Shown here: one piece after another, positions 1 through 8,840 of the stretch
How the letters are laid out: each line of letters begins with the position of its first letter
How positions within the stretch are numbered: the stretch's first letter is position 1
Source of the DNA: Vibrio vulnificus CMCP6
Lineage (GTDB): Bacteria > Pseudomonadota > Gammaproteobacteria > Enterobacterales > Vibrionaceae
DNA: 32,000 nt
Reading direction: 5' to 3'
NCBI RefSeq assembly: GCF_000039765.1
Contig: NC_004460.2
Location: 270,001-302,000, forward strand
The notes under the pieces: model-generated
Told to the model about the DNA's origin: nothing
What the model saw: the letters and a program-made list of their open reading frames with translations, nothing else
Database searches by the model: none
Translations under genes and position numbers: made by a program

Positions 1-48
1 TCGCTGTGGTAGAGTGAATATTCCTGTTTCTCCCACATCAGTTTTCCT

Positions 49-945
49 ATGTTATCGAATTTGAGGTCAGCGTTTCCCCTTGGCGTCCGCTACATGATTC
101 TATCGGCTTTGGGCTTCGCTCTAATGTCTGCCAGTGTTAAGTACGTGAGTGTACACGGTATTCCTTTGTTTGAAATTGTTGCGGCCCGTGCTTTGGTTTC
201 ACTAATCATCAGCTATCTGGATGTCAAACGAAAAGGGATATCGGTTTGGGGGAACAACAAACGCTGGTTGTTTGCTCGCGGTGCAGTCGGAACGCTCGCT
301 TTGATGTGTGTCTACTATGCCGTAACGGCATTACCTTTGGCGGAAGCGACCATTCTTCAGTACGTACACCCCGTTTTCACTGCGTTACTGGCGGTACTCT
401 TTTTGAAAGAGCGAGTACAGCCTGCGACCCTTGCGTGTATCACGCTTTGCTTATTAGGGGTTTTCACCATGGTTTACCCAAGCTTTGATGCATCGGGTGT
501 CGGTGAGTTACCGATGTTGAGTGTGGGTATTGCGCTATTGGGGGCGTTTGGCAGTTCGATTGCCTACGTGATAGTCAGGAAACTGAGCCGCACAGAAGAC
601 AGCTCTGTGATCATTTTCTATTTTCCTTTAGTCGCACTGCCAGTGTCAGCCATGCTCATTGGTGACGACTTTGTCGTGCCCGATATTACTCTGATTTTGA
701 TACTGATTTTGGTGGGTATCTTCACTCAAATTGGCCAGTTTGGTCTTACCAAAGCGATGCAAACCCAAACTGCGGGTAATGCCTCTGCTTATTCTTATGT
801 ACAGATCGTTTTTTCGGCTTTGTTAGGCGTTGTTCTGTTTAATGAGGTTCCCTCAATTTGGACGTTGTTGGGTGGTTCATTGATCGTAACAGGTGCTTTG
901 ATCAACGTATTTGGACCGAAATCCAAGTGGCTAGCGAATCGCTAG
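49..945 (+). CDS. EamA/DMT-superfamily (RhaT-like) inner-membrane transporter
   Basis: 298-aa ORF that is almost entirely hydrophobic, with about 10 helices in two similar halves as in duplicated EamA domains. ATG start with no clear SD. Confidence 0.8.
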   Translation: MLSNLRSAFPLGVRYMILSALGFALMSASVKYVSVHGIPLFEIVAARALVSLIISYLDVKRKGISVWGNNKRWLFARGAVGTLALMCVYYAVTALPLAEATILQYVHPVFTALLAVLFLKERVQPATLACITLCLLGVFTMVYPSFDASGVGELPMLSVGIALLGAFGSSIAYVIVRKLSRTEDSSVIIFYFPLVALPVSAMLIGDDFVVPDITLILILILVGIFTQIGQFGLTKAMQTQTAGNASAYSYVQIVFSALLGVVLFNEVPSIWTLLGGSLIVTGALINVFGPKSKWLANR

Positions 946-1132
946 TTGCTAGAAGCGAAAAGAAGAATGCGTCATCCAGATCTGCCATATTCTAGTATCG
1001 CCTTTTAAACGTGTTGGACTAGGTGGATCTGACTCTCATTGTTCTCCGATAAGAGAATGTTCTTGTCGACTCTTTTAGAGAATGTGCTACTAATTCAGTC
1101 TGTTGCAGCATAGTGAAAGAACAGGGTGGAGA

Positions 1133-2341
1133 ATGATTTCATTACAGGGTCACATAATTGTTAATGAAGCCGACCTAGAGAAGGTGATACAGGCACTGCC
1201 TCTACACATTGAACTCACACGCAAGGAACCGGGCTGCTTAACGTTTAGTGTAAGCCAAGATCCTGTCAATCCTTGCTTGTTTCACGTCGAGGAAACATTC
1301 ACCTGTCAGTTTGCTTTCGATGAGCATCAACGACGCACAGCCATTTCTGCTTGGGCCGAAATTACGCGTTCGGCAAAACGTTGTTATCAAGTGTCTTACC
1401 AAACTCAAGTTACACCAAGGGCACGTCGCTACGACATCATTGGTGCGCCATTCAATCAGCTTGGTTGTTACGTTACCAATCAGAACCCTGTCGAGCAATT
1501 TCGCCAGTTGGATGAAAAAACAGGGCTAGGCTTATCTCAGTGGATAGCAATTCGCAATAATCGCTGGGATGCGGATATCAACGATTGCGGGGATGTTGCT
1601 GCCTCTTCTGATGTGCTCGACATGTTGGCATCCGATAACAAAGAGCAAGCCTTGGCTCTTTATAGCAGCGAGTTACAACAGAGGCTGCTTAAAAGCTATC
1701 AGCAGGGGCGAGTGCCGATTACGATTGGCGGCGATCACTCGATTGCGGTCGGCACGGTGCAGGCCACGCTCAATTTCTATCAACACCAACAAGAGAAGCG
1801 AGTTGCGGTGATCTGGGTTGATGCACACGCAGATTGCAACAACCAGTTGGCGAGTAATCTTCATGGTAAGCCCATCGCGCTGCTGATGAACGAATATCCA
1901 CATAATGGCTGGCAGATCGAAACATCATCTGCCTTGTCGCCCAGCGATGTTTACTTGATTGGTGTAAGGGATTTAATGCCAGCGGAACAACAATTGATGA
2001 CCCAATGGCAAATCTCCCATTATTCGATGGATATGATTGAGCATAAGGGTATCCACACCATCGTCGATATGCTGCTCACCCATCTTGATTGCCATTATGA
2101 CCACATCTACTTGAGTTTTGATTATGATGCGTTGGATGGAGCGCAATTTCGTGCTTGTGCCACACCGAATGTCGGCGGGTTGTCAGCGCGAGAAGCGTTG
2201 TATCTGGTGAGAGCTGTAGCGGCCCACCCAAAATTTGTTGGAGCGGACTTTGTTGAATATCTGCCTGAGCTGGATGAATCAGGGGTATCAAAAGAACTGA
2301 TGATTAAATTGATCGACAGTGTTTGGGGTTTTAGGCAGTAG
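1133..2341 (+). CDS. Fusion protein: N-terminal ABM (antibiotic-biosynthesis-monooxygenase/YgiN-like) domain plus C-terminal arginase/agmatinase-family Mn ureohydrolase
   Basis: One ORF with no stop codon between the domains (track 1103-2341, TTG). I prefer ATG 1133 because MISLQGHIIVNEADL...EPGCLTFSVSQD...FHVEETF...AFDEHQRR is a typical complete ABM fold start. The ureohydrolase metal-ligand motifs are all present: GGDHS, VDAHADCN, SFDYDALD, DFVEY. An in-frame GTG at 1391 has no SD. Confidence 0.8.
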   Translation: MISLQGHIIVNEADLEKVIQALPLHIELTRKEPGCLTFSVSQDPVNPCLFHVEETFTCQFAFDEHQRRTAISAWAEITRSAKRCYQVSYQTQVTPRARRYDIIGAPFNQLGCYVTNQNPVEQFRQLDEKTGLGLSQWIAIRNNRWDADINDCGDVAASSDVLDMLASDNKEQALALYSSELQQRLLKSYQQGRVPITIGGDHSIAVGTVQATLNFYQHQQEKRVAVIWVDAHADCNNQLASNLHGKPIALLMNEYPHNGWQIETSSALSPSDVYLIGVRDLMPAEQQLMTQWQISHYSMDMIEHKGIHTIVDMLLTHLDCHYDHIYLSFDYDALDGAQFRACATPNVGGLSAREALYLVRAVAAHPKFVGADFVEYLPELDESGVSKELMIKLIDSVWGFRQ

Positions 2342-2373
2342 CGACACAATGATAACGTTGGAAAGGACAACCG

Positions 2374-2739
2374 ATGTACGCAGAGCAAGAACAGCAAACC
2401 ATTGATATTGTTGAGCGACAACTCGAAGCATACAACCGCCGTGATATTGAGGCCTTTGCAGCCACGTATCACCCAGAGGTTGAAATTGCCCATTTTTCAA
2501 AAGGGTTGCTTTATTCGGGTAGGGAGACTTTGATCAAACGTTATGGCGAGAAGTTTGGCGGGTTAACGTATTTACGTGCGACCTCGTTAAAACGTATCGT
2601 TCATGAGCAATATTTGGTCGACCATGAGTTGGCGGAATCTTCAGATTTGGCAAGTCGGGAAATAAACCGCAGCATTAAGGTGGTGGCAGCTTATGAAGTG
2701 GAAAATGGACTGATTAAACGCGTCACGTTCATGGGATAA
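2374..2739 (+). CDS. NTF2-like / SnoaL-family small protein
   Basis: 121 aa. The opening IVERQLEAYNRRDIEAFAATYHPEVEI is typical of SnoaL/NTF2-like proteins. A GGAAAGGA SD lies 6 nt before the ATG. The gene starts only 32 nt after the upstream stop, so co-transcription is likely. Confidence 0.65.
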   Translation: MYAEQEQQTIDIVERQLEAYNRRDIEAFAATYHPEVEIAHFSKGLLYSGRETLIKRYGEKFGGLTYLRATSLKRIVHEQYLVDHELAESSDLASREINRSIKVVAAYEVENGLIKRVTFMG

Positions 2740-2765
2740 AAAATGGGTGTTCATTCGAACACCCA
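2738..2765 (-). terminator. Rho-independent terminator of phnA (weakly bidirectional)
   Basis: Stem TGGGTGTTC (2744-2752) / GAACACCCA (2757-2765) with a 4-nt loop. The A-run at 2738-2743 gives a U-run on the minus-strand transcript. Confidence 0.7.
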
Positions 2766-2789
2766 AGATCATTTAGCGTTAGCGAGACA

Positions 2790-3347
2790 TTACTTTTTAC
2801 GGCAGTATTCCGCGATAACGTACATAGATTGGCCGCCATTCACTTTACCAGAAACCAATTTAGGATCGTCACTTAGGCTAATGCCACGGATAACGGTACC
2901 TTGTTTGATAACTTGGTTAGTGCCTTTGATTGGCAGATCTTTGATAACCGTAACATCGTCGCCTTTTTTCAGTTCAGCGCCGTTACAGTCAACGGTTTTG
3001 TCGTCCGCAGACATTCCTTTCATAGCCCAAGTCTTGATCTCTTCTTCCATGTACATCATGTCAAGAGCGTCCAAAGCCCAGCTTTCAGAGTTTAGGCGAG
3101 TCAATTGGCGCCATGCAGTCACTTGTACCGCAGGAACCTGGCTCCACATGCTGTCATTAAGGCAGCGCCAGTGATTAATGTCTTTTGGCTCATCGATTTC
3201 GCTAAGGCACTTGTCACAAACCATGATGGCTGTGTCAACGGTCACGTGACCGTGAGGCGGTACTGCATAAGCAGTAAGCGAAGATTCAGAAGAACACAAT
3301 TCACATTTAGACTGGCAACGATCCAGCAGAGTTGCTTCGATAGACAT
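2790..3347 (-). CDS. phnA: PhnA/YjdM-family zinc-ribbon protein (long form)
   Basis: 185 aa. The N-terminus has Cys pairs (CQSKCELC ... CDKC). The C-terminus (GAELKKGDDVTVIKDLPIKGTNQVIKQGTVIRGISL...) matches the PhnA C-terminal domain. An AAGGTGAG SD lies 5 nt before the ATG. Confidence 0.8.
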   Translation of the reverse strand: MSIEATLLDRCQSKCELCSSESSLTAYAVPPHGHVTVDTAIMVCDKCLSEIDEPKDINHWRCLNDSMWSQVPAVQVTAWRQLTRLNSESWALDALDMMYMEEEIKTWAMKGMSADDKTVDCNGAELKKGDDVTVIKDLPIKGTNQVIKQGTVIRGISLSDDPKLVSGKVNGGQSMYVIAEYCRKK

Positions 3348-3503
3348 AAGAACTCACCTTAGTAGTATTAACTTGAGGCGGTATTATCCACTTTATCCTG
3401 AGAATTAAAAGGGTCTTCGCCAATTTAAGTGGGGATTTTACAATATTCCAACCCAAAAAGAAGATTTGGTTTAAGTGAGGAGCAATCAAGTTATATGGCT
3501 TCC

Positions 3504-3539
3504 AATAAAATGCCCAGTATTACAGGTAACACTGGGCAT
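3504..3539 (-). terminator. Rho-independent terminator of the fadL-volA operon
   Basis: Stem ATGCCCAGT (3510-3518) / ACTGGGCAT (3531-3539) with a 12-nt loop. On the minus strand it is followed by TTTTATTGG. It lies 25 nt past the volA stop. Confidence 0.75.
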
Positions 3540-3563
3540 GATTCGAACATTGAAATTTATGAT

Positions 3564-6041
3564 TTACTTGCTGGCATCTAAAAACGCTGCGTCGACTGCT
3601 AACAAACCGTCACTGTTGCCTTTGGTGAGCGTAAACTGAACGATTTGAGAACTCATTTCACTGTGAGCCAATGCTTCTTCATCCGTTTCCGGCGCAATCA
3701 CCGTCGAGTGGGCTGCGTTAGATGACGAATCAAAGTACGACGCAACACGCGAACCAGAAGCATTGGTCGCTGTGTTTACTAATCCTAGTTTCTTAAACAA
3801 AGGCTCTGTCCCTGCGGTCGGAATTTTCGACACTTTATTGGGAATGGTTGCATCGCCATTGGATTGAATGCCCAACAAAGAACCGCTCACTTGAGAAGCC
3901 ATATTGAATGGGTCAACGTTGTCCAACACGGTCTGCGCAGCGTAAGTAAATGAGGTCAATGCACTATCGATTTGACTTTTCGCTTCGGCATCCGCCGCGC
4001 TATAGAAGTTGTTGAAACATGTGCCAGGATTGTCTTTGGTCGGACATGTATTCGCGTAGTAATTTAAGTAACTTGGAACTGCCGCCGCAGTGATGCTGTG
4101 CTTGATGATGGGTGAAAATGAACCAGACTCAAACAAAAATGGTGCAATACCGCCACCTAGATTGGCTAATGTTGCTGTCTTGTAAGCAAACATCGGATCA
4201 ATCACTGGATTGACCGAGGTATTAGCAACAGCGTAGCTACTGATGCCAGTAATGCCACCGATAGAATGACCGATCAGGGAAACATCCGACTGATTGACTG
4301 TCTGGAAAGCAACTTCTGTTGGATTTACGTAATTGAGTGCATATCTCAGTCCTAAACCGTCGATTGCGCCTTGACGAATGTTGTCTCTTGCCACTGGCAA
4401 GTATTCAAGATTCATAAAGACAGTCGGTGTCTGGGGCGTCGTTACGGTCCCATCGGACAAAGCACGTTGACCATGCAATGGCTGATCGATAGCAATTAAT
4501 GCATAAGGGGTTTTGCCCGTTTGAATCGCGGTACTGATATGGCTTAGTGCCAATGCATAAGCACTTTCTTTTAGGTTGGTGATTCCGTGCTGATATTGCA
4601 GTAGAGGTACATTATCTGCGCCAGCACCTTTAGGAACAAACATGATGAAAGGCACTTCTTTGACTGCACGGATCTGCGGCACTGCACTGTATCTCGTCAG
4701 AATTCGATCGGCGTCAAGCTGAGTACCATCGGCTAATGTCAGTTTCGCCCCCACAAGCAGCGCTTGGTGCGGTGTGGAGTAGAGCTGAGCTGGGAGATCC
4801 GTAAAGCCTAAATCGACTAACTGCTGGCTGATTGCAGCCTTATCTGCGTCTGAACCTGAACTCAAAGTCTTTAGAATCTTAAACACACTTGGCATACCGC
4901 TACGCCAAGGAAGCGTCTTCCATTCTTTACCATCAACTTGATCACTCAGGAAGTAGGGCAGTTTGACTGTTCCACGAAACACTTGAATAGAATCCAGCGC
5001 CGGATGATTGATCAGCTGTTTGTAACTATTTGCCAATAAGTCGGCTTTGTCTTGCCCAACTGCACTGACAAATATGGGGTCATTGCTCACCGCTACATCA
5101 AAATCCGAACCAACGTCTTGAGCATCAATGCTGTAAAGCGAGTTGAGATCGTCAACGGAGAGGTTGTTTGGGTTCGCGGTGCCTTTCCAAACACCAGCCG
5201 GCTTAACAGCAGGATTTGCTGAAGCAGCTATCGCTGCTTTTGTTCCCTGCATTACATTACCGGCTGACGCAGTCGTAAACCAAGAAGAGTAAACAATTTC
5301 ATCTTTATTGGTAACTTGTGCGTTATCTTCGAAGGTTTTTTCAATGTTCCAGATAATTTTTTGCGGTGTCGCCAATAGACCAGACTGAGCCATTGAACTC
5401 TTCAAGCTGGCATAGGAGCTGGATGTACCGAGCGGATTGTTGTTACTGTCTTTGATCGACTCTGTCAGTGCATAGATGTAGTTTGACGCAGGATCCAAAC
5501 CGTTGAGAGGAACAACGTTAATGCTCTTCAGATCGGTTGTGACCGCAAGAAAATCAACACCCGGAGTTAGGGCAGTAAAATTAGTCATAGCGCCAGTCGC
5601 AAGATCGACATCAACCTTAGCCACACGAATACCAGCATTTAGGTTTTGGCTAAATGGGGTGCCATTAGGAGTGATGATCAAATCGTTGAGAAGCGTGACA
5701 CCATCAGCAAGGTTTAGAGGGATGCTAAATGGCATAATGGTACTCCAACCATCCGACTCGCCCATTGCAACTTGAGGGTTATCCAAGCCTTTAGAAGAAC
5801 CCGCACTAAGTGGGATATTCAAGGTGTGATCATTGGTATCAAACAGCAAGAACGAGGGTAGCGGCACCGCCGCAGATGTTCCTTTCAAGGCGAACTTAAT
5901 TGACGCATCGCGCCCCAACAACTCCTGAACGCTTGGTTCAAAAGTCACTGAACCTGTCGTGCCTGAGCTTTCTGTGTTGTCACCACAACCCGCAAGTAGG
6001 ATTGCTGAACATAGTAGCGATAATTTAAAGGTATGTTTCAT
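3564..6041 (-). CDS. volA: VolA/Pla-1-family surface lipoprotein (lyso)phospholipase
   Basis: 825 aa. Lipoprotein signal MKHTFKLSLLCSAILLAGC (lipobox LAGC). Serine-hydrolase nucleophile elbow LIGHSIGG. A GGAG SD lies 7 nt upstream. The gene starts 22 nt after the fadL stop, the arrangement described for V. cholerae volA. Confidence 0.85.
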   Translation of the reverse strand: MKHTFKLSLLCSAILLAGCGDNTESSGTTGSVTFEPSVQELLGRDASIKFALKGTSAAVPLPSFLLFDTNDHTLNIPLSAGSSKGLDNPQVAMGESDGWSTIMPFSIPLNLADGVTLLNDLIITPNGTPFSQNLNAGIRVAKVDVDLATGAMTNFTALTPGVDFLAVTTDLKSINVVPLNGLDPASNYIYALTESIKDSNNNPLGTSSSYASLKSSMAQSGLLATPQKIIWNIEKTFEDNAQVTNKDEIVYSSWFTTASAGNVMQGTKAAIAASANPAVKPAGVWKGTANPNNLSVDDLNSLYSIDAQDVGSDFDVAVSNDPIFVSAVGQDKADLLANSYKQLINHPALDSIQVFRGTVKLPYFLSDQVDGKEWKTLPWRSGMPSVFKILKTLSSGSDADKAAISQQLVDLGFTDLPAQLYSTPHQALLVGAKLTLADGTQLDADRILTRYSAVPQIRAVKEVPFIMFVPKGAGADNVPLLQYQHGITNLKESAYALALSHISTAIQTGKTPYALIAIDQPLHGQRALSDGTVTTPQTPTVFMNLEYLPVARDNIRQGAIDGLGLRYALNYVNPTEVAFQTVNQSDVSLIGHSIGGITGISSYAVANTSVNPVIDPMFAYKTATLANLGGGIAPFLFESGSFSPIIKHSITAAAVPSYLNYYANTCPTKDNPGTCFNNFYSAADAEAKSQIDSALTSFTYAAQTVLDNVDPFNMASQVSGSLLGIQSNGDATIPNKVSKIPTAGTEPLFKKLGLVNTATNASGSRVASYFDSSSNAAHSTVIAPETDEEALAHSEMSSQIVQFTLTKGNSDGLLAVDAAFLDASK

Positions 6042-6063
6042 CGTTATACTCCATCAATCCTAA

Positions 6064-7311
6064 TTACTTAAAGGTGTAGTTCATTTGAATCGCGCTGATG
6101 TAAGCCGTGCCTTCTGCTTCGAATTCAAGCACTTCATCTGCTGCGTTGGTTTCTTTGAATGAACCAGAACGGCTCTTAACCAGTGCAAAGCCCGCGTCGA
6201 TCGTCATGTTGTCGCTCATCAAGTAAGTTAAGCCTGCGCTGTACCAGAAACGGTCGCTGTCAGGAATGCTGAGGGTTGCTTCACCGGCTTGTTCATCAAA
6301 TGCTAAGCCTGCGCGAAGAGTCCAGCTTTCGTTCATTTGATAGGTTGCACCAAGTGAATAACGATTGTTGTTTTCGTAATGCTCTGGTTTATAGAAGCAT
6401 TGACCAGCGGTACCATCGTTACACTGTGGAGACGTTGCCTTTAGCTCGGTGAATGTGCTCCATTCGGTTTGTTGCCAACCGGCGTGCATCGCCCATTGTT
6501 CGTTAAATTCATGGTATGCCGAGACTTCAATGATGGAAGGTAGGCTGATCTGTAAACGGCCATCGACTTTAGGGGCTGTGGCGATGCCTGAGTCGTAGCT
6601 GCTGAATTCACCATCATCGAAATCCAGATCGACTTTGGAACGATAACCCAAACCAAAGCGCGTCTTTTCACTGAGTTCGTATAGTGCGCCAACGTTCCAG
6701 CCGTAACCAAAGGTCGTGCCAGTCATACCGATCAAGTTTTCTGATTTATCGGTCGATCCAAACAGAGGTGCGAGAGAACCCTTGTGACGAGTCAACTCTG
6801 CGTGCGCATAAACAAAATTCACACCCGCACCCACGCTCAACGCTTCGTTAACGCGATAGGCGATATTGGGGTTGATCCCCACTGAAACTAACGCCGTATC
6901 ACCAGCCATGTCGCCAGCTGAAATGTCGTCTGGGTAGTCAGTCGCCACACCGTAGTTGGTAAACATACCAATACCCCATGCCCACTTCTCATTAATAGGG
7001 CTGATGTAATAGGCTGCTGGAACAAGTTGCAAAGGCGCAACGTCATCAGATTGTTCGCCATTCGTTTTGTCGTAAACATTGACCTCTGGATCTACGATAG
7101 ACAGGGCACCAGAAAACTGTGCGTTTTCAAATAGTGTCATCGCAGCTGGGTTTCTCGCCAATACCGAAGCGTTGTCAGCAACAGCCCCTTCACCGGAAAA
7201 CGCTCGACCAAGACCAGACGCTGAATGTTCCGCAACTTGAAAACCAGCGGCATTAGCATGGCAGGCAAACAATATCGATATCGTCAGCAGAGAGCAGTTC
7301 TTCTTGTTCAT
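6064..7311 (-). CDS. fadL: Long-chain fatty acid outer-membrane channel FadL
   Basis: The mature N-terminus AGFQVAEHSASGLGRAFSGEGAVADNASVLARNPAAM is the FadL signature and the C-terminus ends in F. I chose the start at ATG 7311 (MNKKNCSLLTISILFACHANA signal peptide, AGGAGGG SD) rather than the track's 7491. Confidence 0.9.
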   Translation of the reverse strand: MNKKNCSLLTISILFACHANAAGFQVAEHSASGLGRAFSGEGAVADNASVLARNPAAMTLFENAQFSGALSIVDPEVNVYDKTNGEQSDDVAPLQLVPAAYYISPINEKWAWGIGMFTNYGVATDYPDDISAGDMAGDTALVSVGINPNIAYRVNEALSVGAGVNFVYAHAELTRHKGSLAPLFGSTDKSENLIGMTGTTFGYGWNVGALYELSEKTRFGLGYRSKVDLDFDDGEFSSYDSGIATAPKVDGRLQISLPSIIEVSAYHEFNEQWAMHAGWQQTEWSTFTELKATSPQCNDGTAGQCFYKPEHYENNNRYSLGATYQMNESWTLRAGLAFDEQAGEATLSIPDSDRFWYSAGLTYLMSDNMTIDAGFALVKSRSGSFKETNAADEVLEFEAEGTAYISAIQMNYTFK

Positions 7312-7535
7312 CCTTGACCCTCCTAGGGTGTGTGATTGTGGACAGATGTCCTTGTAATTGTTGTTTGTTATGCAACTCGACTTATTGAGTTGAGTATTAA
7401 TTCTATTATGTAACATGGATGTTAATTTAATGTAAGCGAAAGTGTCAAAGTTAGTGTGCTTTTTAAACAGTAAATTTGATGCATAGATCAAGTCTGTATC
7501 TCTAAGGCGATGTATTATGGAGATATTTTTTCAAT

Positions 7536-7552
7536 GAATGGTTTGACCAGAA
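7536..7552. promoter_or_regulatory. Candidate FadR-type operator upstream of fadL
   Basis: gaATGGTTTGACCAGaa. The right half GACCAG and the core TGGT-N2-GACC match the CTGGTC-N-GACCAG type FadR palindrome, but the left half matches only 4/6. It lies about 230 bp upstream of the fadL ATG. Confidence 0.3.
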
Positions 7553-7740
7553 ACATTTTGATTATTTTATGGGGAAATAGCGTGCTATCTGTTCAAATTG
7601 TGCGCTGTTCAGAAGAAGGGCGCTTTTAACCCCCTTTGTGCACAGGCATAATGGGGCCTTTGTCTATTTGGATAGCCGAGTAAACGTTGGAATTATTAAA
7701 TATCGAATTTCTTGGGCGCTCGTTGAGACTTGAAGGCTCA

Positions 7741-8769
7741 ATGGCAGGTTGGCAGCAGCTTTTTTGGGACAACACTCTGGTTTCTCAGCGTGATGCTACG
7801 CACGGACAACAAGGGGAGTTTGTTCATGAGTTTCAACTTATGGCGGGCGAAGAGACGCTAAACTGCCAGCTCAAAGGTCAATTGACGTGGCAGCCATTCC
7901 AATTGGACTACCAATGTGGTGTCAATGATCAGCTTGTGATACAGGGGAGTCGAAACGAAAAAGACATCGAGCAGCAAGTCCCTGTGCAACCACGCCAAGA
8001 AGAGCGCCGTTTTAGTCTTATTGGCTTGATTTCTCTGGGCATGAAAGCACTTAAAAGTGCCAAGATCATCAAAGTTGCCCTTGCTTCAATGAGTTTGGCA
8101 GCCTATTCATGGCTGTTTTCATTCCAGTTTGCGCTGGCGTTGATTGCTTGTTTGGTGATTCACGAATATGGCCATGTTCGTGCAATGAAATACTTTGGCA
8201 TGCAAACCAAAGGGTTTTACCTAATTCCGTTTTTTGGCGGTATGGCGCTCAGCGACGATAAGATCAATACCCGTTGGCAGGATGTGGTAATTTCCATTAT
8301 GGGGCCGTTCTTTGGTCTGATCCTCAGCGTAATTCTGGTGGTGACCTATTGGCTGACGGGCGAGGCTTTTTTCGCAGCGCTAGCGGTGTTTAACGCCTTA
8401 TTAAACTTGTTTAACTTACTGCCCATTCTCCCATTAGATGGTGGGCATATTCTCAAAAGCATCACGTTTTCGATGAACAGTTGGGTGGGGCTCGTCGGCG
8501 GGGTACTCACCGCGGCTGCGGGTGTGTATCTTTCCTATGCATTAGGTTTAACGCTGTTTGGTTTTCTGCTCATTATGGGGATGTTAGAGATTGTGATGGA
8601 ATGGCGTGGCCGACATCATAGCCATCTTCTTCCTCTGACGCGTTATGGCCAGTGCTTTGCATTTGCTTGGTATCTTATGTCTGTGGCGGGTTTTGTCGCG
8701 ATCATCTGGTATTTTGCGGCAACCGGTGATGATTTGATGCGTTTACCGCTATTGATCCTTGGCTCCTAG
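7741..8769 (+). CDS. M50 (site-2 protease family) membrane zinc metalloprotease with a ~100-aa N-terminal soluble domain
   Basis: HEYGH (HExxH) sits in a TM helix and NLLPILPLDGGH is the second S2P motif. ATG 7741 has a GAAGG SD 4 nt upstream. The track start at TTG 7687 has no SD but cannot be excluded. Confidence 0.8.
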   Translation: MAGWQQLFWDNTLVSQRDATHGQQGEFVHEFQLMAGEETLNCQLKGQLTWQPFQLDYQCGVNDQLVIQGSRNEKDIEQQVPVQPRQEERRFSLIGLISLGMKALKSAKIIKVALASMSLAAYSWLFSFQFALALIACLVIHEYGHVRAMKYFGMQTKGFYLIPFFGGMALSDDKINTRWQDVVISIMGPFFGLILSVILVVTYWLTGEAFFAALAVFNALLNLFNLLPILPLDGGHILKSITFSMNSWVGLVGGVLTAAAGVYLSYALGLTLFGFLLIMGMLEIVMEWRGRHHSHLLPLTRYGQCFAFAWYLMSVAGFVAIIWYFAATGDDLMRLPLLILGS

Positions 8770-8811
8770 CTAATCCGTTGCTTATAGAAAAAGTGTCGTA
8801 TTTCCAATAAG

Positions 8812-8836
8812 AAAGAGCTCCTTTACGGAGCTCTTT
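8812..8836. terminator. Bidirectional hairpin terminator shared by the convergent M50 and M48 genes
   Basis: Stem AAAGAGCTCC (8812-8821) / GGAGCTCTTT (8827-8836) with loop TTTAC. Both flanks are T-rich. Confidence 0.6.
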
Positions 8837-8840
8837 ACGT

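Noticed and set aside
2743-3174. 143-aa plus-strand ORF, and similar ORFs of 60-140 aa (for example 5503-5775, 20222-20647, 21017-21397, 25016-25423, 26009-26608, 27877-28254)
   Set aside because: All lie antisense to or out of frame within strongly supported CDS. They have no SD, no recognisable motifs and low-complexity compositions. They are shadow ORFs.
7405-7428. dif/XerCD-like sequence (ATTATGTAACATGGATGTTAATTT)
   Set aside because: Only the ATGTTAA core of the XerD arm matches, and there is no GCGCATAA-type XerC arm. It is AT-rich promoter DNA.
7312-7491. 60-codon N-terminal extension of the fadL ORF in the six-frame track
   Set aside because: The extension is AT-rich and has no SD. 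It would bury the obvious signal peptide that begins at MNKKNCSLL (ATG 7311, AGGAGGG SD). It is promoter DNA that happens to lack stop codons.
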